DNA of 55,177 nucleotides. It comes from a virus. Taxonomy: Duplodnaviria > Caudoviricetes. The notes under the pieces are model-generated. The model did not search any database. It worked only from the letters and a program-made list of their open reading frames with translations, and was not told where the DNA came from. Location: IMG/VR virus record IMGVR_UViG_3300023175_000047, positions 1-55,177 of that record. The stretch is one strand, 5' to 3'. Positions within the stretch are counted from its first letter, which is position 1. Every line of letters starts with the position of its first letter. The position numbers and the translations under genes were made by a program. Positions 1 through 9,832 of the stretch are shown one piece after another.

Positions 1-63
1 ATTACAATAAACGAGACCCTTGTCAATATATGTTTGAATTTGTTCAAGCATTTTATTCTCCTA

Positions 64-71
64 TATAAATA
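64..71 (+). promoter_or_regulatory. T4-type late promoter TATAAATA
   Basis: Exact match to the gp55-dependent late promoter consensus, just upstream of ORF 95..301. Confidence 0.65.
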
Positions 72-94
72 CATCATACACAATTTCACCGAAA

Positions 95-301
95 ATGTCA
101 AGCGAAAAAACGAATATGAAATACTTTGAAACTTCAATGCAACTAGCAAAAAGTTTGCTATATAACATGCCAAAGGAGCAGTTTGAAAATGAGTTCGACT
201 CAGACGCCGTCGAAGTTCTACAATTTTGTGTTTTCGGAGTTGAGCCTAAAACAGAGGACACTCCAAAGTTAGAGTATAAAGATATAAAATATATTGAGTG
301 A
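95..301 (+). CDS. Small acidic hypothetical protein (start may be the ATG at 116)
   Basis: 68-aa ORF behind a TATAAATA motif; ends 2 nt from the convergent ORF 304..708. Confidence 0.5.
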   Translation: MSSEKTNMKYFETSMQLAKSLLYNMPKEQFENEFDSDAVEVLQFCVFGVEPKTEDTPKLEYKDIKYIE

Positions 302-303
302 GA

Positions 304-708
304 TTATTCTCGGTGTTCGTGGAACCAGCCGAGGGATGCGAAGTCTTTACGAATTTCGTTTGAAACATATCCTTCTGAGATGGGTGTAGGCACACCATCT
401 ATCATCACTGTATCATCGTCCATATAGCAGTAGAAATTTAAATAATCTTCGCCTTTTCCTCTCAAATCAGCCACAACACCACCTGCTTCACGGAACGACC
501 AGGTCGCTTCTTGACTATTCTTTTTCCACACGTTATTGCAAAGTGCCAAATAAAAGTAGTCGGCATATTTCTGATCCTCAAGTTTCTTTGAGATGCTAAC
601 GGAGTTATAAAAATCAACCATAAATTGTCTCTTTGCTCCAGCAGTTTGCGAAGCTTTATAATTTGACACGTCGATACCTGATCCCATGGGACCACCATTT
701 GATGACAT
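304..708 (-). CDS. Conserved hypothetical phage protein
   Basis: AGGAGG Shine-Dalgarno; motifs Y-ALCNN-W, WSFR-AGG-VADLR, DY-NFYC and EG-V-EI-D-LGW recall a family seen in large T4-like phages. Confidence 0.85.
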   Translation of the reverse strand: MSSNGGPMGSGIDVSNYKASQTAGAKRQFMVDFYNSVSISKKLEDQKYADYFYLALCNNVWKKNSQEATWSFREAGGVVADLRGKGEDYLNFYCYMDDDTVMIDGVPTPISEGYVSNEIRKDFASLGWFHEHRE

Positions 709-734
709 AATTCCTCCTTCAAATAATTTTCTTA

Positions 735-742
735 TATTTAGA
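735..742 (-). promoter_or_regulatory. Late-promoter variant TCTAAATA
   Basis: One mismatch to TATAAATA; lies between the terminator hairpin and ORF 304..708. Confidence 0.45.
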
Positions 743-750
743 CTTTAACC

Positions 751-780
751 AGAAACGCCCTGGGATTTCTCCCAAGGCGC
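751..780 (-). terminator. Probable intrinsic terminator
   Basis: Minus strand reads GCGCCTTGGGA-GAAA-TCCCAGGGCGT-TTCT: an 11-bp stem with GAAA tetraloop, whose G-U pairs form only on the minus strand; directly after the stop of ORF 787..1197; short U tract. Confidence 0.7.
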
Positions 781-786
781 ATTCAC

Positions 787-1197
787 TCAGACTTCAACAG
801 AGTCTTCCACCCGCCGATTGATATGAGATGTGTGAAACTCACCACTGTCAAAGCGAACAAGCAACTCAGCCAGAGCATCGTTTGAATTTGAACGAATCTC
901 TTCTAAGGTTGCGTCCAAATCAGCAGCAGCCTTTGAGCGCAGATTGCGAAGATTCGCCTCAAGGTCAGACGATTTCATGGCTTGCTCAGTTGTCTCACCC
1001 GCAGCACGGTTCAGAATCGCATTTCGAAACTTCGTGCGAGCCGCAATGATTTCAACATCAAGAATGTTGCGACTGTCTTGCCGAGCCTCACGAATCTTGT
1101 TGTTCAAGCGAACACGAACAACCTTCAGAATATGGCGCTCAGTGACCTTCTTGACATTCAGGACATCAGCAAGCAATGATTTTGAAACAGATGACAT
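787..1197 (-). CDS. Early hypothetical helical/coiled-coil protein
   Basis: AAGGAG SD, own sigma70-type promoter and terminator; Ala/Arg/Leu/Glu-rich. Confidence 0.8.
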   Translation of the reverse strand: MSSVSKSLLADVLNVKKVTERHILKVVRVRLNNKIREARQDSRNILDVEIIAARTKFRNAILNRAAGETTEQAMKSSDLEANLRNLRSKAAADLDATLEEIRSNSNDALAELLVRFDSGEFHTSHINRRVEDSVEV

Positions 1198-1263
1198 AGT
1201 GTGTCTCCTTTGGAGATTGTTTTCTCATGAGTCGCTGAATTGCTTCTCACTCAACATGATCAG

Positions 1264-1311
1264 ATCATAGCACACTGGTCAGAAATGTCAAGGGTTTTTT
1301 TTATTTTTTTT
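1264..1311 (-). promoter_or_regulatory. Strong sigma70-type early promoter
   Basis: TTGACA (1291-1286), 16-nt spacer, TATGAT (1269-1264) with extended -10 TG, and upstream A-tracts resembling an UP element. Confidence 0.8.
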
Positions 1312-1462
1312 CGAGAATGCTCGACGGTTTTTCGTCTTCGGTCGGTTTTTCCGGCGTCGACGGTTTTTTCGGCGGGGGTCCTGAGACAAATTCACCGCCT
1401 GTCCTCTGCCAAGCATCTGAATTTTCTTGGGGATTTGGTCTTCTTGGGTCTTGTGGTATCAT
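1301..1462 (-). CDS. Small Pro/charged 53-aa ORF not in the supplied track
   Basis: Translates to MIPQDPRRPNPQENSDAWQRTGGEFVSGPPPKKPSTPEKPTEDEKPSSILEKK; fills the gap and explains the 18-bp periodic repeat; no clear SD. Confidence 0.45.
   Translation of the reverse strand: MIPQDPRRPNPQENSDAWQRTGGEFVSGPPPKKPSTPEKPTEDEKPSSILEKK
1321..1374. repeat. Three CGGTTTTT cores at exact 18-bp spacing
   Basis: Cores start at 1325, 1343 and 1361. Confidence 0.8.
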
Positions 1463-1564
1463 AATTCAGCCGATCTAAATTTGATATATATGCATTAACA
1501 AGAACAGAGAATGTTGGTAGCATTCTCCGCCCTCTAAACACAACCTGCTGAAAAGGAGCAAGTC

Positions 1565-2224
1565 ATGTCTGAATGTATTTATCATCGCCACCATATCATC
1601 CCTCGCCACGCTGGCGGAACTGACGATCCCTCAAACATTGTAGAACTAACCATTGAAGAACACGCCGAGGCTCATCGCTTGCTGTATGAGGAACACGGCC
1701 GTTGGCAAGACAAAGTTGCTTGGCGGGCTCTTTCTGGTCAAATTGATAAAGATGAGATTACAGCCGAAGCGAGACGAGAAGCCGGCAAAAAACGAAGAGG
1801 CAAATCAATACACTCGGAAGAATCAAGAGCAAAGATTCGTGCTGCTATGAAAGAAAGATATAAAGATAAAACAGAAAACCCAATGTATGGTAAAACTCAT
1901 TCAGAAGAAACCAAAGCAAAGATTAGTGCGTCAAATAAAGGTAGAGTTAAATCAGAAGAAGAAAGAGCAAATATAAGTGCTGCGATGACGGGAAAGAAAC
2001 TTTCAGAGGAAACTAAAGCAAAGCTTAGTGCTTTCAATAAAGGCAAGAAAAGGGGACCTCGTTCTGAAGAAACGAAAGCAAAGATTAGTGCATCTCGTAA
2101 GGGTAAAAAATTTTCAGACGAACATAAAGCAAATCTAAGTGCGGCGCATAAAGGCAAGAAAAGGGGACCGCGGTCAGAGGAAACTAAAGCAAAGATAAGT
2201 GCGGCCCGTAGGAGTCAACATTAG
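1565..2224 (+). CDS. Free-standing HNH homing endonuclease with NUMOD3 repeats (Mob-like)
   Basis: N-terminal HHIIPRHAGG-DD-SN-V-LT-EEH-AH motif; repeated (H)SEETKAKISA-KGK units; AAGGAG SD; convergent 4-nt overlap with the neck gene. Confidence 0.92.
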   Translation: MSECIYHRHHIIPRHAGGTDDPSNIVELTIEEHAEAHRLLYEEHGRWQDKVAWRALSGQIDKDEITAEARREAGKKRRGKSIHSEESRAKIRAAMKERYKDKTENPMYGKTHSEETKAKISASNKGRVKSEEERANISAAMTGKKLSEETKAKLSAFNKGKKRGPRSEETKAKISASRKGKKFSDEHKANLSAAHKGKKRGPRSEETKAKISAARRSQH

Positions 2225-3135
2225 CCAATGACAAATCCGAGAGGCTCGTAGTAGAAATCGGACAATTCTTGTCTCATCTTCTCCATCTCCATTTGAGCTT
2301 CTTGCTTCATTTCTGAACCATTGAGTTGAACACCACCAGGTAAAGCAAGGACTCCAAACTTGCTGATATTTTGTCCCCATTGATATTTGACTTTTTGAAC
2401 ATAATACTCTTTCAACCAGCGGTCATTATAAATTCCTTTTGCTTCTTCTGGGTCTAGCAGTTTGTAAGCTTCCAAAATAATGAAATCACCGACTCTTGCA
2501 TCAGGTCTTGTTGTCTGATAACCACCATTAAGCTGTGATTCAAACTGAATATTGAAATTTTCTTGGTCATTTGGATCATCATTTTCATTCAACACTTCAC
2601 CATCAGGTAGCTCAGTTAAAATATTTGATTCAAAGAATTCTTTGGGTCCCCAGTTCCAGTCTATGTAGAGCCGATTGCTGTAACGTTTATATCGAATATC
2701 GTGCTTTGTATTTAAAAGCAAGTCAATTGTTGAAGCATATTGCCTAAATAGCACATATGACGTTAAATCTATGGGAGCAAAACCGCCTATGCCTCCATTG
2801 ACACCATTGTTCATCATCATGGTAAATATATCGAAAGGTAATTGGGAAAACGCATCATCTACTCGTCCCATCATTAGATGAGATGCGGGAATCAATTTTT
2901 CAATACCAATGATACGACTACCATCAATTGGAATCCATTGATTGTAGACATCTTCTTCAGTAATTTGATAACGCAAATAGGTTCGTTCATTTGCTTCAAG
3001 ATTAAATTCTTGAAATAATTCTAAAGAATCATCTAAGCGGTCTTCAAGTTGTTCTTCGGTAACATTCACTTGAATCATTGGATGTCCGAGTGCACGAAGA
3101 GACCAGTTTATTAAATCTTCTCTTGATTTGATCAT
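2221..3135 (-). CDS. gp13: T4-like neck protein gp13
   Basis: SREDLI-W-LRALG-P-I-VNVT-EQLEDRLD-L-F N-terminus; YNDRWLKEY-VK-QWGQN-SKF-LPGGV-LNG and EPLGFVIG C-terminus. Confidence 0.93.
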   Translation of the reverse strand: MIKSREDLINWSLRALGHPMIQVNVTEEQLEDRLDDSLELFQEFNLEANERTYLRYQITEEDVYNQWIPIDGSRIIGIEKLIPASHLMMGRVDDAFSQLPFDIFTMMMNNGVNGGIGGFAPIDLTSYVLFRQYASTIDLLLNTKHDIRYKRYSNRLYIDWNWGPKEFFESNILTELPDGEVLNENDDPNDQENFNIQFESQLNGGYQTTRPDARVGDFIILEAYKLLDPEEAKGIYNDRWLKEYYVQKVKYQWGQNISKFGVLALPGGVQLNGSEMKQEAQMEMEKMRQELSDFYYEPLGFVIG

Positions 3136-3176
3136 GGAGCTATTTGTAGTAGAATGTTTTAATCATTTGTTTTCTA

Positions 3177-3184
3177 TATTTATA
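3177..3184 (-). promoter_or_regulatory. T4-type late promoter TATAAATA for gp13
   Basis: Plus strand TATTTATA is the exact consensus on the minus strand, about 40 nt upstream of the gp13 start. Confidence 0.75.
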
Positions 3185-3196
3185 CTAAATTTGTTT

Positions 3197-3204
3197 CATA
3201 AATA
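3197..3204 (+). promoter_or_regulatory. Late-promoter variant CATAAATA for the structural operon
   Basis: One mismatch to consensus; divergent from the gp13 promoter; about 50 nt before 3257. Confidence 0.6.
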
Positions 3205-3256
3205 AAAAGAACCCCCTCATATCCGATTGCTATATTCTGAATAAAGGAACTTTTAG

Positions 3257-6200
3257 ATGGCTAACTATAAAACTTTAGAAAATGAAATTGGGAATAGTCC
3301 TTATTTTATCAAAGATCCAGGACTTGCTTTTTCTCAGATTTTATTCAAACCAGGATATCCTCTTCAGTCCGCAGAACTCATTACTCTTCAAAATATAATC
3401 AATGAACAAATTCGAAGATTTGGTCGGCATATTTTCAAAGAAGGTTCAATTGTTCATTTAGAGAAAGGATTGAGTAGTGAATCTGAATGTTTATTATTTG
3501 AGTTAGATGACCTTGCTCAAGGTATTAAAGTTAAGAATGGGGATCGAATTACTTTTCGTGTTAATGGAACTAATTTATTGAACAGTTTCGGTTCAGCAGA
3601 TTTCACAGCCGTCGAACTCAAAAATTCTTTTATAGATCAAGATGATGGAGGAAATAACATTGTATATCCTAATCTCTTAGCAATTGAAGAAAACGTAGCA
3701 TTTCCTGATCCTGGTCCTGGTGTTACTGTTGAAGTTTATGTAGGGTATGGTGCTGGAACACTGCTTGGAACATTATTACAAAATCAGCCAAAAATAGGAA
3801 GATTCTGTTCAATTGGTAATGGTACTTTTTTTGTAGGTGGTTATTTTACGAACATCGCTGAACAATCAATGATTTATTGGTATGATGACCAACGAGAAAT
3901 CAATTGTGAACTTGGTGTTCAACTCACTTGGGAAATTGCTGATATTTCTCATCCTACTTTTGGTCAATTCTTATTTGATCCAGCAGAAAATGCTTTCAAT
4001 GAAAACTCTCCAGGTGCTGACCGACTAATCTTAAAGTTAGAACTTGCTCGTAAACCCTTGGGTTATAATCAATTAGAAAGCGATTGGAAGTTTATACCAC
4101 TTGTCAAGTATCAAGAAAATAAATTAATTTATCGTATCAAGTATCCAATTTATGCTGAACTTGGAGAAACACTCGCAAGAAGAACCTACGAAATCAATGG
4201 TAACTTTGTTGTTGATGAATTTCGTATGGAAACAGTTGAAGATGCTGCTCTAAAGGGCATACATCAAATATCAAATCGCAATGTGATTACACCAAATGAA
4301 GAAATATATTGGACAATCAATGGTCAAGGAACAAATTACAAAGATAAATTAGAAGTCGGAAACTATTTACTTTTTGGTGATTCAATTCGTTATAATCGTT
4401 TACTTCGAATCGAACAGATTGATGACAATTATAATATGATTGTCAGTGATATACATTATGATGACTATGATGATGAAGTCACGGGCGAACAAACACTTCA
4501 ACAAATGTGGGATTACTCAAATCCTTTTGAAATTTCTTTACGAGATGAAAGCAAACTCAACTACACAATTTTTGAAGGTCTTGCTTATGTCAAAGGTTGG
4601 CGTTATGAGAAAGAGTTTATTACAAAACTTCGTGACAACAAGGCAAGAGAAACTAAAATAGTTCCTGAAACAGTCTCACCAAATCGACACTATTTTGTTC
4701 TCAATTATGATGAGCATGGTTCATTTATACCAAATCAATATATCAATACAGAACATTTTATTGATTTTGAGAGACTCGAAGAAGTCGATTTACACTGTAC
4801 AGAAAATAAAGAATACTACGAACTCGACATCACAGACTTTGGATTTAACAGTTGGCTTCCTGGTTATTATACTGAAGACCATTTAGTTGAAATTGATAAT
4901 GCAGCATTTCGTTGTGTTGAAACTGGCACACACAAATATGAAATTTTAAAATATACAAAAAATGAATTGACTGGTATACCAAAAGATACCAGAGTTCATA
5001 CAATGAAAAGAACTGTAGGTCTAACAAACTATACAGCACAATATGAACTTGACCGTATTGAAAAGACTTTAGAAACACCATACACTATTGATGCGCCTTC
5101 AAATTATATGCCATCAATTAGTTCGACAAATAAAGCGAACACAACATTTGACGTAACAAAATCAATTGTTGAGTTTTCAAGAACAAGTGGTCGCTATGAC
5201 CTTGATTTTGCGAACAATGATTTTGTTGTTATTTCAAATTCAACGTTTTCAACATTTGGTCAAGTTGCAAATACACTTCCATTAACTGCAACAAATATTG
5301 AAATACGTACCTTCCCAGGTCTTTTTGAAGATGGTGGAGATTACCAAATCAAAAAACCAAGTGAAGAAGATTATCATAATTACCAATATAATTCAACAAA
5401 GATTGGAACTATTCGTTCAAACTCTGTAAGTTCAAATCATCCAGATCGATTCTATTTTTCTCATTTCAATTTATTCAAGGGTGATGTTACAAATGCTTTT
5501 GTTTTTAAAGTTGAAAATACAAATGAAGTGACTGTTCTTGACCTTCGCATTTCTTTTGCGAGTGATGTTTATAACAATATGACTTTGACTCATGCTTCAC
5601 AGGAATGGCCAATTACAGATTACAATGGTGATACTCAAACATTCACTCTTGGTAATGTAACTCTTTCAAATCCAATCAACTTTAGTCAAGGTGCTGTGAT
5701 TGGTATACGAGCAGAATTTAAAGATGTTCGCTCAATTGTGAAGACAAGATATCCTGATGGTAAGGAGTTCAAGGCAAATATTCGCCGAGATATGATAGAT
5801 TATCCAATGGTGAAAACACCAAATGGAACACAACAGAAATTCCGTCTATTGCTCAATGAAGGTGAGGGTGAAGTCAAAAGTGTAATGGTAGATTCAAATG
5901 CGTATGATATATTCCGTCAACATCTACTTACAGCAGGCTCACAAACGGATACATTTCATATCAATCTAACAACAGCAAATGTAGCAAATAATAATTTAGG
6001 AACTAAAACTCAAGTATATGCTGCGGATAATATACCTGACCCAGCTAACCTATCGAATATACTATACGCCAAAGGTGAAAATATTCCGATTGATTCTTCT
6101 ATAATCTCGGGTGGAAATCTTACACTTGTACTTAGAAAAGAAATTCCAGTTGGTTCAAAAATTATTGTTCATCTTGAAGTTACAGTCCAACAACCTCAGC

Positions 6201-9200
6201 TTCGTACAAAAGATTTACAAGAAGCATATGAAGATCGTTTTGATGTCGATGTTGATACAGCTACAGGTCTTTTCAGTACATCAAGCCGTAATCAATCGCT
6301 TCGTTCTTTTGAACTTACTCATAGTGACATCTATCGTGTAAGAAAAATTGAAATTGCTGCTGGTAAATCGGTAGTTGGTCTTGGTGCTGGTCAAGCAGTT
6401 GATATGACTCATTACTTTGACCTTGATACAGGTCAGAGAGAAACGCATTATGACCATGGAAGAATTAATCTAAAACCAAATTTAGAACTACCATCAATTG
6501 TTGGTGGAAGTTCAGTATATGGTTTTATTGTTACATATGATTATTTTAAACCTTCTGCTGGTCATTATTTTACTGTAAACAGTTACAAAGATATTCACTA
6601 TCGTAAAATTCCAACCTTCGTTGATCCAACAAATAAAAAGTTTCCTTTAAGAAATGTAATTGATTTCCGTCCTGTGAGACAACCCGCAGGCTCAACCTTT
6701 GAATATGATCAAGAAGTTGATTTCACAAGTGATAGTATTGATTTAGAATATGAATACTATTTGAATGAAGAAAAAATTATTTCAATTGAGGGGAACGGCT
6801 CAACAGAAATTGAAGTACAATTTGCTGACAAGAAAAATCATACTGAATCAGATTATCATATAAAACTTTATGATGTGAAAATACCAGCATACACATTTGA
6901 TTTCAATGATGTTGAATATAAAATGATTGACAATCGTAATTTTGAAATGTCAGATATCGCAAGACTTCAAAAGAGAATTGAAAATCTTGAAGACATTGCT
7001 CAATTGAATTCACTTGAACTTCAAACAATTCAAACAAAGCTTGTGAATTCAAATGGAGATCCAAGATATAAAAATGGCATGATTGTTGATATGTTTGCTG
7101 GATTTAACGTAGCGGATATCGATGAACCTGGGTTTGCTGCTTCAATTGATTTGTATAATATGAAAATGCATCCTAAATTCACATCAACAAATTTTCCATT
7201 GAAACTGGTATCAACTGTTTCATCTGCTTTCCCTACAGTCAATCGAAACATAGCTCACTTACCAATTACATCATTCAAAGAAATTGGCTCTCATGTACAG
7301 ACACATGGCAGTGCAAACCAAATAAAACTGAGTGCTGAATTTTTCTGGTATCGTGATGGTATTCTAACTCTACATCCTTTTTCTGAATCTTGGTACAGCC
7401 AAAACATTCCGGCTCAACCAAATACAAATGATGATAATCAATATAAAAATTGGAATGTACTTCAAGCAGATGCCCATGGTACTCAATGGTCAGAATGGGA
7501 TCATTATATCTTTGGACAAGAAACAGAAGATTCTACAGTCACTGTTCTCAATGCTACACTTTCTCAAAAAACTGGCCTGATGGTCAACAATAAAAATAAC
7601 ATTGAGAAAGTAATCAATCGTCGAAAAATTAACACTACATTGAATTATTATTCAAAAAACATTCGTGTAGGTTATGTCTTTCAAAGAGCATCTTCAGTAA
7701 CATCACAACATCACGCAACAGACATATATCGAATTGAATTAGGACATTCAGATACAGCCATTATACCATCTCAACATGAAGGCATGAGATTGTATTTTAA
7801 ACATTCAGGGACTTTAACTGAAGCAAAATTTAAAGCTCTGTATCAAGGCTTCGCAATTACGCAAACAATTGCTGGAACCGGAATTGCGAATGGTATTATT
7901 CAACACATTATTAAAGATACAACTGTTGCCACAAATCATTATTATCTGTATGTGACAAACATTGATGTTCATAAATTTGTTGCTGGTAGTCTCAATGAAT
8001 TAAATGGATCAATTGATGATGTTCATGATTTTTCAAATCAACTTGTTGATAATGAATTCCATGTTATATGTGGCGATTTTGAAATAGGCGAAAAAGATTA
8101 TCCTCTCAATTCTGTAATTGATGTTCGTATTGTAAATCCAGGAAACAGTACTGTTGAAGGTTCTTCAAAGTTTTATATGAGTGCACTTATTGAAACAATG
8201 ACAAGTCATTGTCAATCAATTCGTCCTGCTGTGAAAAAACTTTACAATCATGATCACGAAAGTAGTTACGCTCCTTATATTGATGATCGAACTTATAAAA
8301 TCAATAGTTCAATTCCAATACCTACAAGGTTACATCAACCTTTTGTAGTTGATCATTCAATGTTCCTTACGAGTGTATTGATACAATGTAAAAATGATTC
8401 GTCTGATATTCAAAGATTCACAGTAGCAATTCAACCAATCGTAAATGATTATGTCTCTCCTTCAATTGTTCTACCATTCAGTGAAGTTCGTGTTGATGTT
8501 CCTGCTAATTTTGATGGTATCAAAGATGTTCGTTTTGATATTCCTGTCTTTGTCACTTCAAACAAAGATTATGCTGTTGTAATTTTTTCAAATACCGGCC
8601 GTAATAGTGATGTTTTAAAGTTTTACACTGAATCAAGTTGGAATAATTCAACAGTATTTTATACCGATTGCTATACAGTTTCAAATACTGGTGTACCTCA
8701 ACAGCAAACTGATACCAAATTATCAATTAAGTTATACCACGCAGTCTTTGACACAACAAAGACTTATGAGATGTTCTTACACATGAAAGACCCAATGACT
8801 GCAGTTCATGCTGATTTGAGCCGATTGAATATGAGTACTTTAAATTTGGCAGATACAGACATTCGTTATTATTGGAAAGCTAGAAATTATGATTCACTTG
8901 TTCAAGATGCAGTTTCTGCTCCTGTATTAGCAAACAAAACAATTATTCATGATAAACGAAAAATCTTCTCTCAATTAGATTATGAAACTGTTGTTCATAT
9001 GAAGTCTTCAAATCCTTACTTCACACCAATGATTGATTTGGAAAGAGCATCAATTCTACCGATTGAACATGAAATCAACAACGGTGCGCTCAAACAAAAA
9101 CTGATATCTGGAAATGGTACAAGAACAGGAGCATTTACTGGAGATTTACGACTGATTGCTACTGAACAACCTCATTCAACATTAACTGATTATGATTATA

Positions 9201-9823
9201 ACACATCAAGACAAGCTTCTTTTCGATTTGACCTAACTGGAACTATTAGCGATATGTACAGTGATCCTAACTTTTTAGTATATAATGACCGTCTCTCTTT
9301 TGAAGTTGAAAAATGGTCTTCAGCAAATGCGATCTTTGAAGCCGATTCAACTGCCACAACAACTTATAATTCAACTTCAGATTCTTATACAATTATTGGT
9401 GATCAATATGAAATAAAAAATCTAAGAGTCATAAATGAATTTGACCATGAAGAAGTTGGTAATCCAGATTATCGTTATTATTCACCAATTGTCACACTTG
9501 CTGATGATTTTGAAGCAATGCAGTTATATGTTCAGATGGATGCGATTCTCAAAAGAAGTGGTGAGATATTTGTTTATTATCGAACTCTTGAAAGTTCATC
9601 TGCTCTTGAAGAATTGAGAAACAAAAGATTCACAAGAATGGAATTTAAAACACACCCTGCGGATAAATATTCAAATAATAATCGTTCAAAAACAATTGAG
9701 TTTGAAACAAATCGAACAGGCCAAAGATTCAAATATTTCCAAGTGAAGGTATGTTTCACAAGTTCAAATTTCATTGAAGTTCCTATTATCGAAAATATTC
9801 GTATTTTAGCATTAGATAACTAA
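3257..9823 (+). CDS. VrlC-like / DUF4815 large virion structural (baseplate-associated) protein
   Basis: Motifs ILFKPGYPLQ-ELI-LQ-I-QI-RFG-HIFKEGS, DPA-N-PGADRL, LARRTYE-NGNF-V, LDTGQR-YDHG, IDFRP, M-DIA-L-KRIENLE, KNG-VD-F and C-terminal VP-I-NIR-LAL. Confidence 0.88.
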   Translation: MANYKTLENEIGNSPYFIKDPGLAFSQILFKPGYPLQSAELITLQNIINEQIRRFGRHIFKEGSIVHLEKGLSSESECLLFELDDLAQGIKVKNGDRITFRVNGTNLLNSFGSADFTAVELKNSFIDQDDGGNNIVYPNLLAIEENVAFPDPGPGVTVEVYVGYGAGTLLGTLLQNQPKIGRFCSIGNGTFFVGGYFTNIAEQSMIYWYDDQREINCELGVQLTWEIADISHPTFGQFLFDPAENAFNENSPGADRLILKLELARKPLGYNQLESDWKFIPLVKYQENKLIYRIKYPIYAELGETLARRTYEINGNFVVDEFRMETVEDAALKGIHQISNRNVITPNEEIYWTINGQGTNYKDKLEVGNYLLFGDSIRYNRLLRIEQIDDNYNMIVSDIHYDDYDDEVTGEQTLQQMWDYSNPFEISLRDESKLNYTIFEGLAYVKGWRYEKEFITKLRDNKARETKIVPETVSPNRHYFVLNYDEHGSFIPNQYINTEHFIDFERLEEVDLHCTENKEYYELDITDFGFNSWLPGYYTEDHLVEIDNAAFRCVETGTHKYEILKYTKNELTGIPKDTRVHTMKRTVGLTNYTAQYELDRIEKTLETPYTIDAPSNYMPSISSTNKANTTFDVTKSIVEFSRTSGRYDLDFANNDFVVISNSTFSTFGQVANTLPLTATNIEIRTFPGLFEDGGDYQIKKPSEEDYHNYQYNSTKIGTIRSNSVSSNHPDRFYFSHFNLFKGDVTNAFVFKVENTNEVTVLDLRISFASDVYNNMTLTHASQEWPITDYNGDTQTFTLGNVTLSNPINFSQGAVIGIRAEFKDVRSIVKTRYPDGKEFKANIRRDMIDYPMVKTPNGTQQKFRLLLNEGEGEVKSVMVDSNAYDIFRQHLLTAGSQTDTFHINLTTANVANNNLGTKTQVYAADNIPDPANLSNILYAKGENIPIDSSIISGGNLTLVLRKEIPVGSKIIVHLEVTVQQPQLRTKDLQEAYEDRFDVDVDTATGLFSTSSRNQSLRSFELTHSDIYRVRKIEIAAGKSVVGLGAGQAVDMTHYFDLDTGQRETHYDHGRINLKPNLELPSIVGGSSVYGFIVTYDYFKPSAGHYFTVNSYKDIHYRKIPTFVDPTNKKFPLRNVIDFRPVRQPAGSTFEYDQEVDFTSDSIDLEYEYYLNEEKIISIEGNGSTEIEVQFADKKNHTESDYHIKLYDVKIPAYTFDFNDVEYKMIDNRNFEMSDIARLQKRIENLEDIAQLNSLELQTIQTKLVNSNGDPRYKNGMIVDMFAGFNVADIDEPGFAASIDLYNMKMHPKFTSTNFPLKLVSTVSSAFPTVNRNIAHLPITSFKEIGSHVQTHGSANQIKLSAEFFWYRDGILTLHPFSESWYSQNIPAQPNTNDDNQYKNWNVLQADAHGTQWSEWDHYIFGQETEDSTVTVLNATLSQKTGLMVNNKNNIEKVINRRKINTTLNYYSKNIRVGYVFQRASSVTSQHHATDIYRIELGHSDTAIIPSQHEGMRLYFKHSGTLTEAKFKALYQGFAITQTIAGTGIANGIIQHIIKDTTVATNHYYLYVTNIDVHKFVAGSLNELNGSIDDVHDFSNQLVDNEFHVICGDFEIGEKDYPLNSVIDVRIVNPGNSTVEGSSKFYMSALIETMTSHCQSIRPAVKKLYNHDHESSYAPYIDDRTYKINSSIPIPTRLHQPFVVDHSMFLTSVLIQCKNDSSDIQRFTVAIQPIVNDYVSPSIVLPFSEVRVDVPANFDGIKDVRFDIPVFVTSNKDYAVVIFSNTGRNSDVLKFYTESSWNNSTVFYTDCYTVSNTGVPQQQTDTKLSIKLYHAVFDTTKTYEMFLHMKDPMTAVHADLSRLNMSTLNLADTDIRYYWKARNYDSLVQDAVSAPVLANKTIIHDKRKIFSQLDYETVVHMKSSNPYFTPMIDLERASILPIEHEINNGALKQKLISGNGTRTGAFTGDLRLIATEQPHSTLTDYDYNTSRQASFRFDLTGTISDMYSDPNFLVYNDRLSFEVEKWSSANAIFEADSTATTTYNSTSDSYTIIGDQYEIKNLRVINEFDHEEVGNPDYRYYSPIVTLADDFEAMQLYVQMDAILKRSGEIFVYYRTLESSSALEELRNKRFTRMEFKTHPADKYSNNNRSKTIEFETNRTGQRFKYFQVKVCFTSSNFIEVPIIENIRILALDN

Positions 9824-9832
9824 GGAGGTATC

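Noticed and set aside
1-26. Minus-strand sigma70 promoter (TTGACA at 26-21)
   Set aside because: The -10 element would run off the window edge and cannot be verified
828-1464. Plus-strand ORFs 828, 944, 982 and 1240
   Set aside because: Shadows of better-supported minus-strand features
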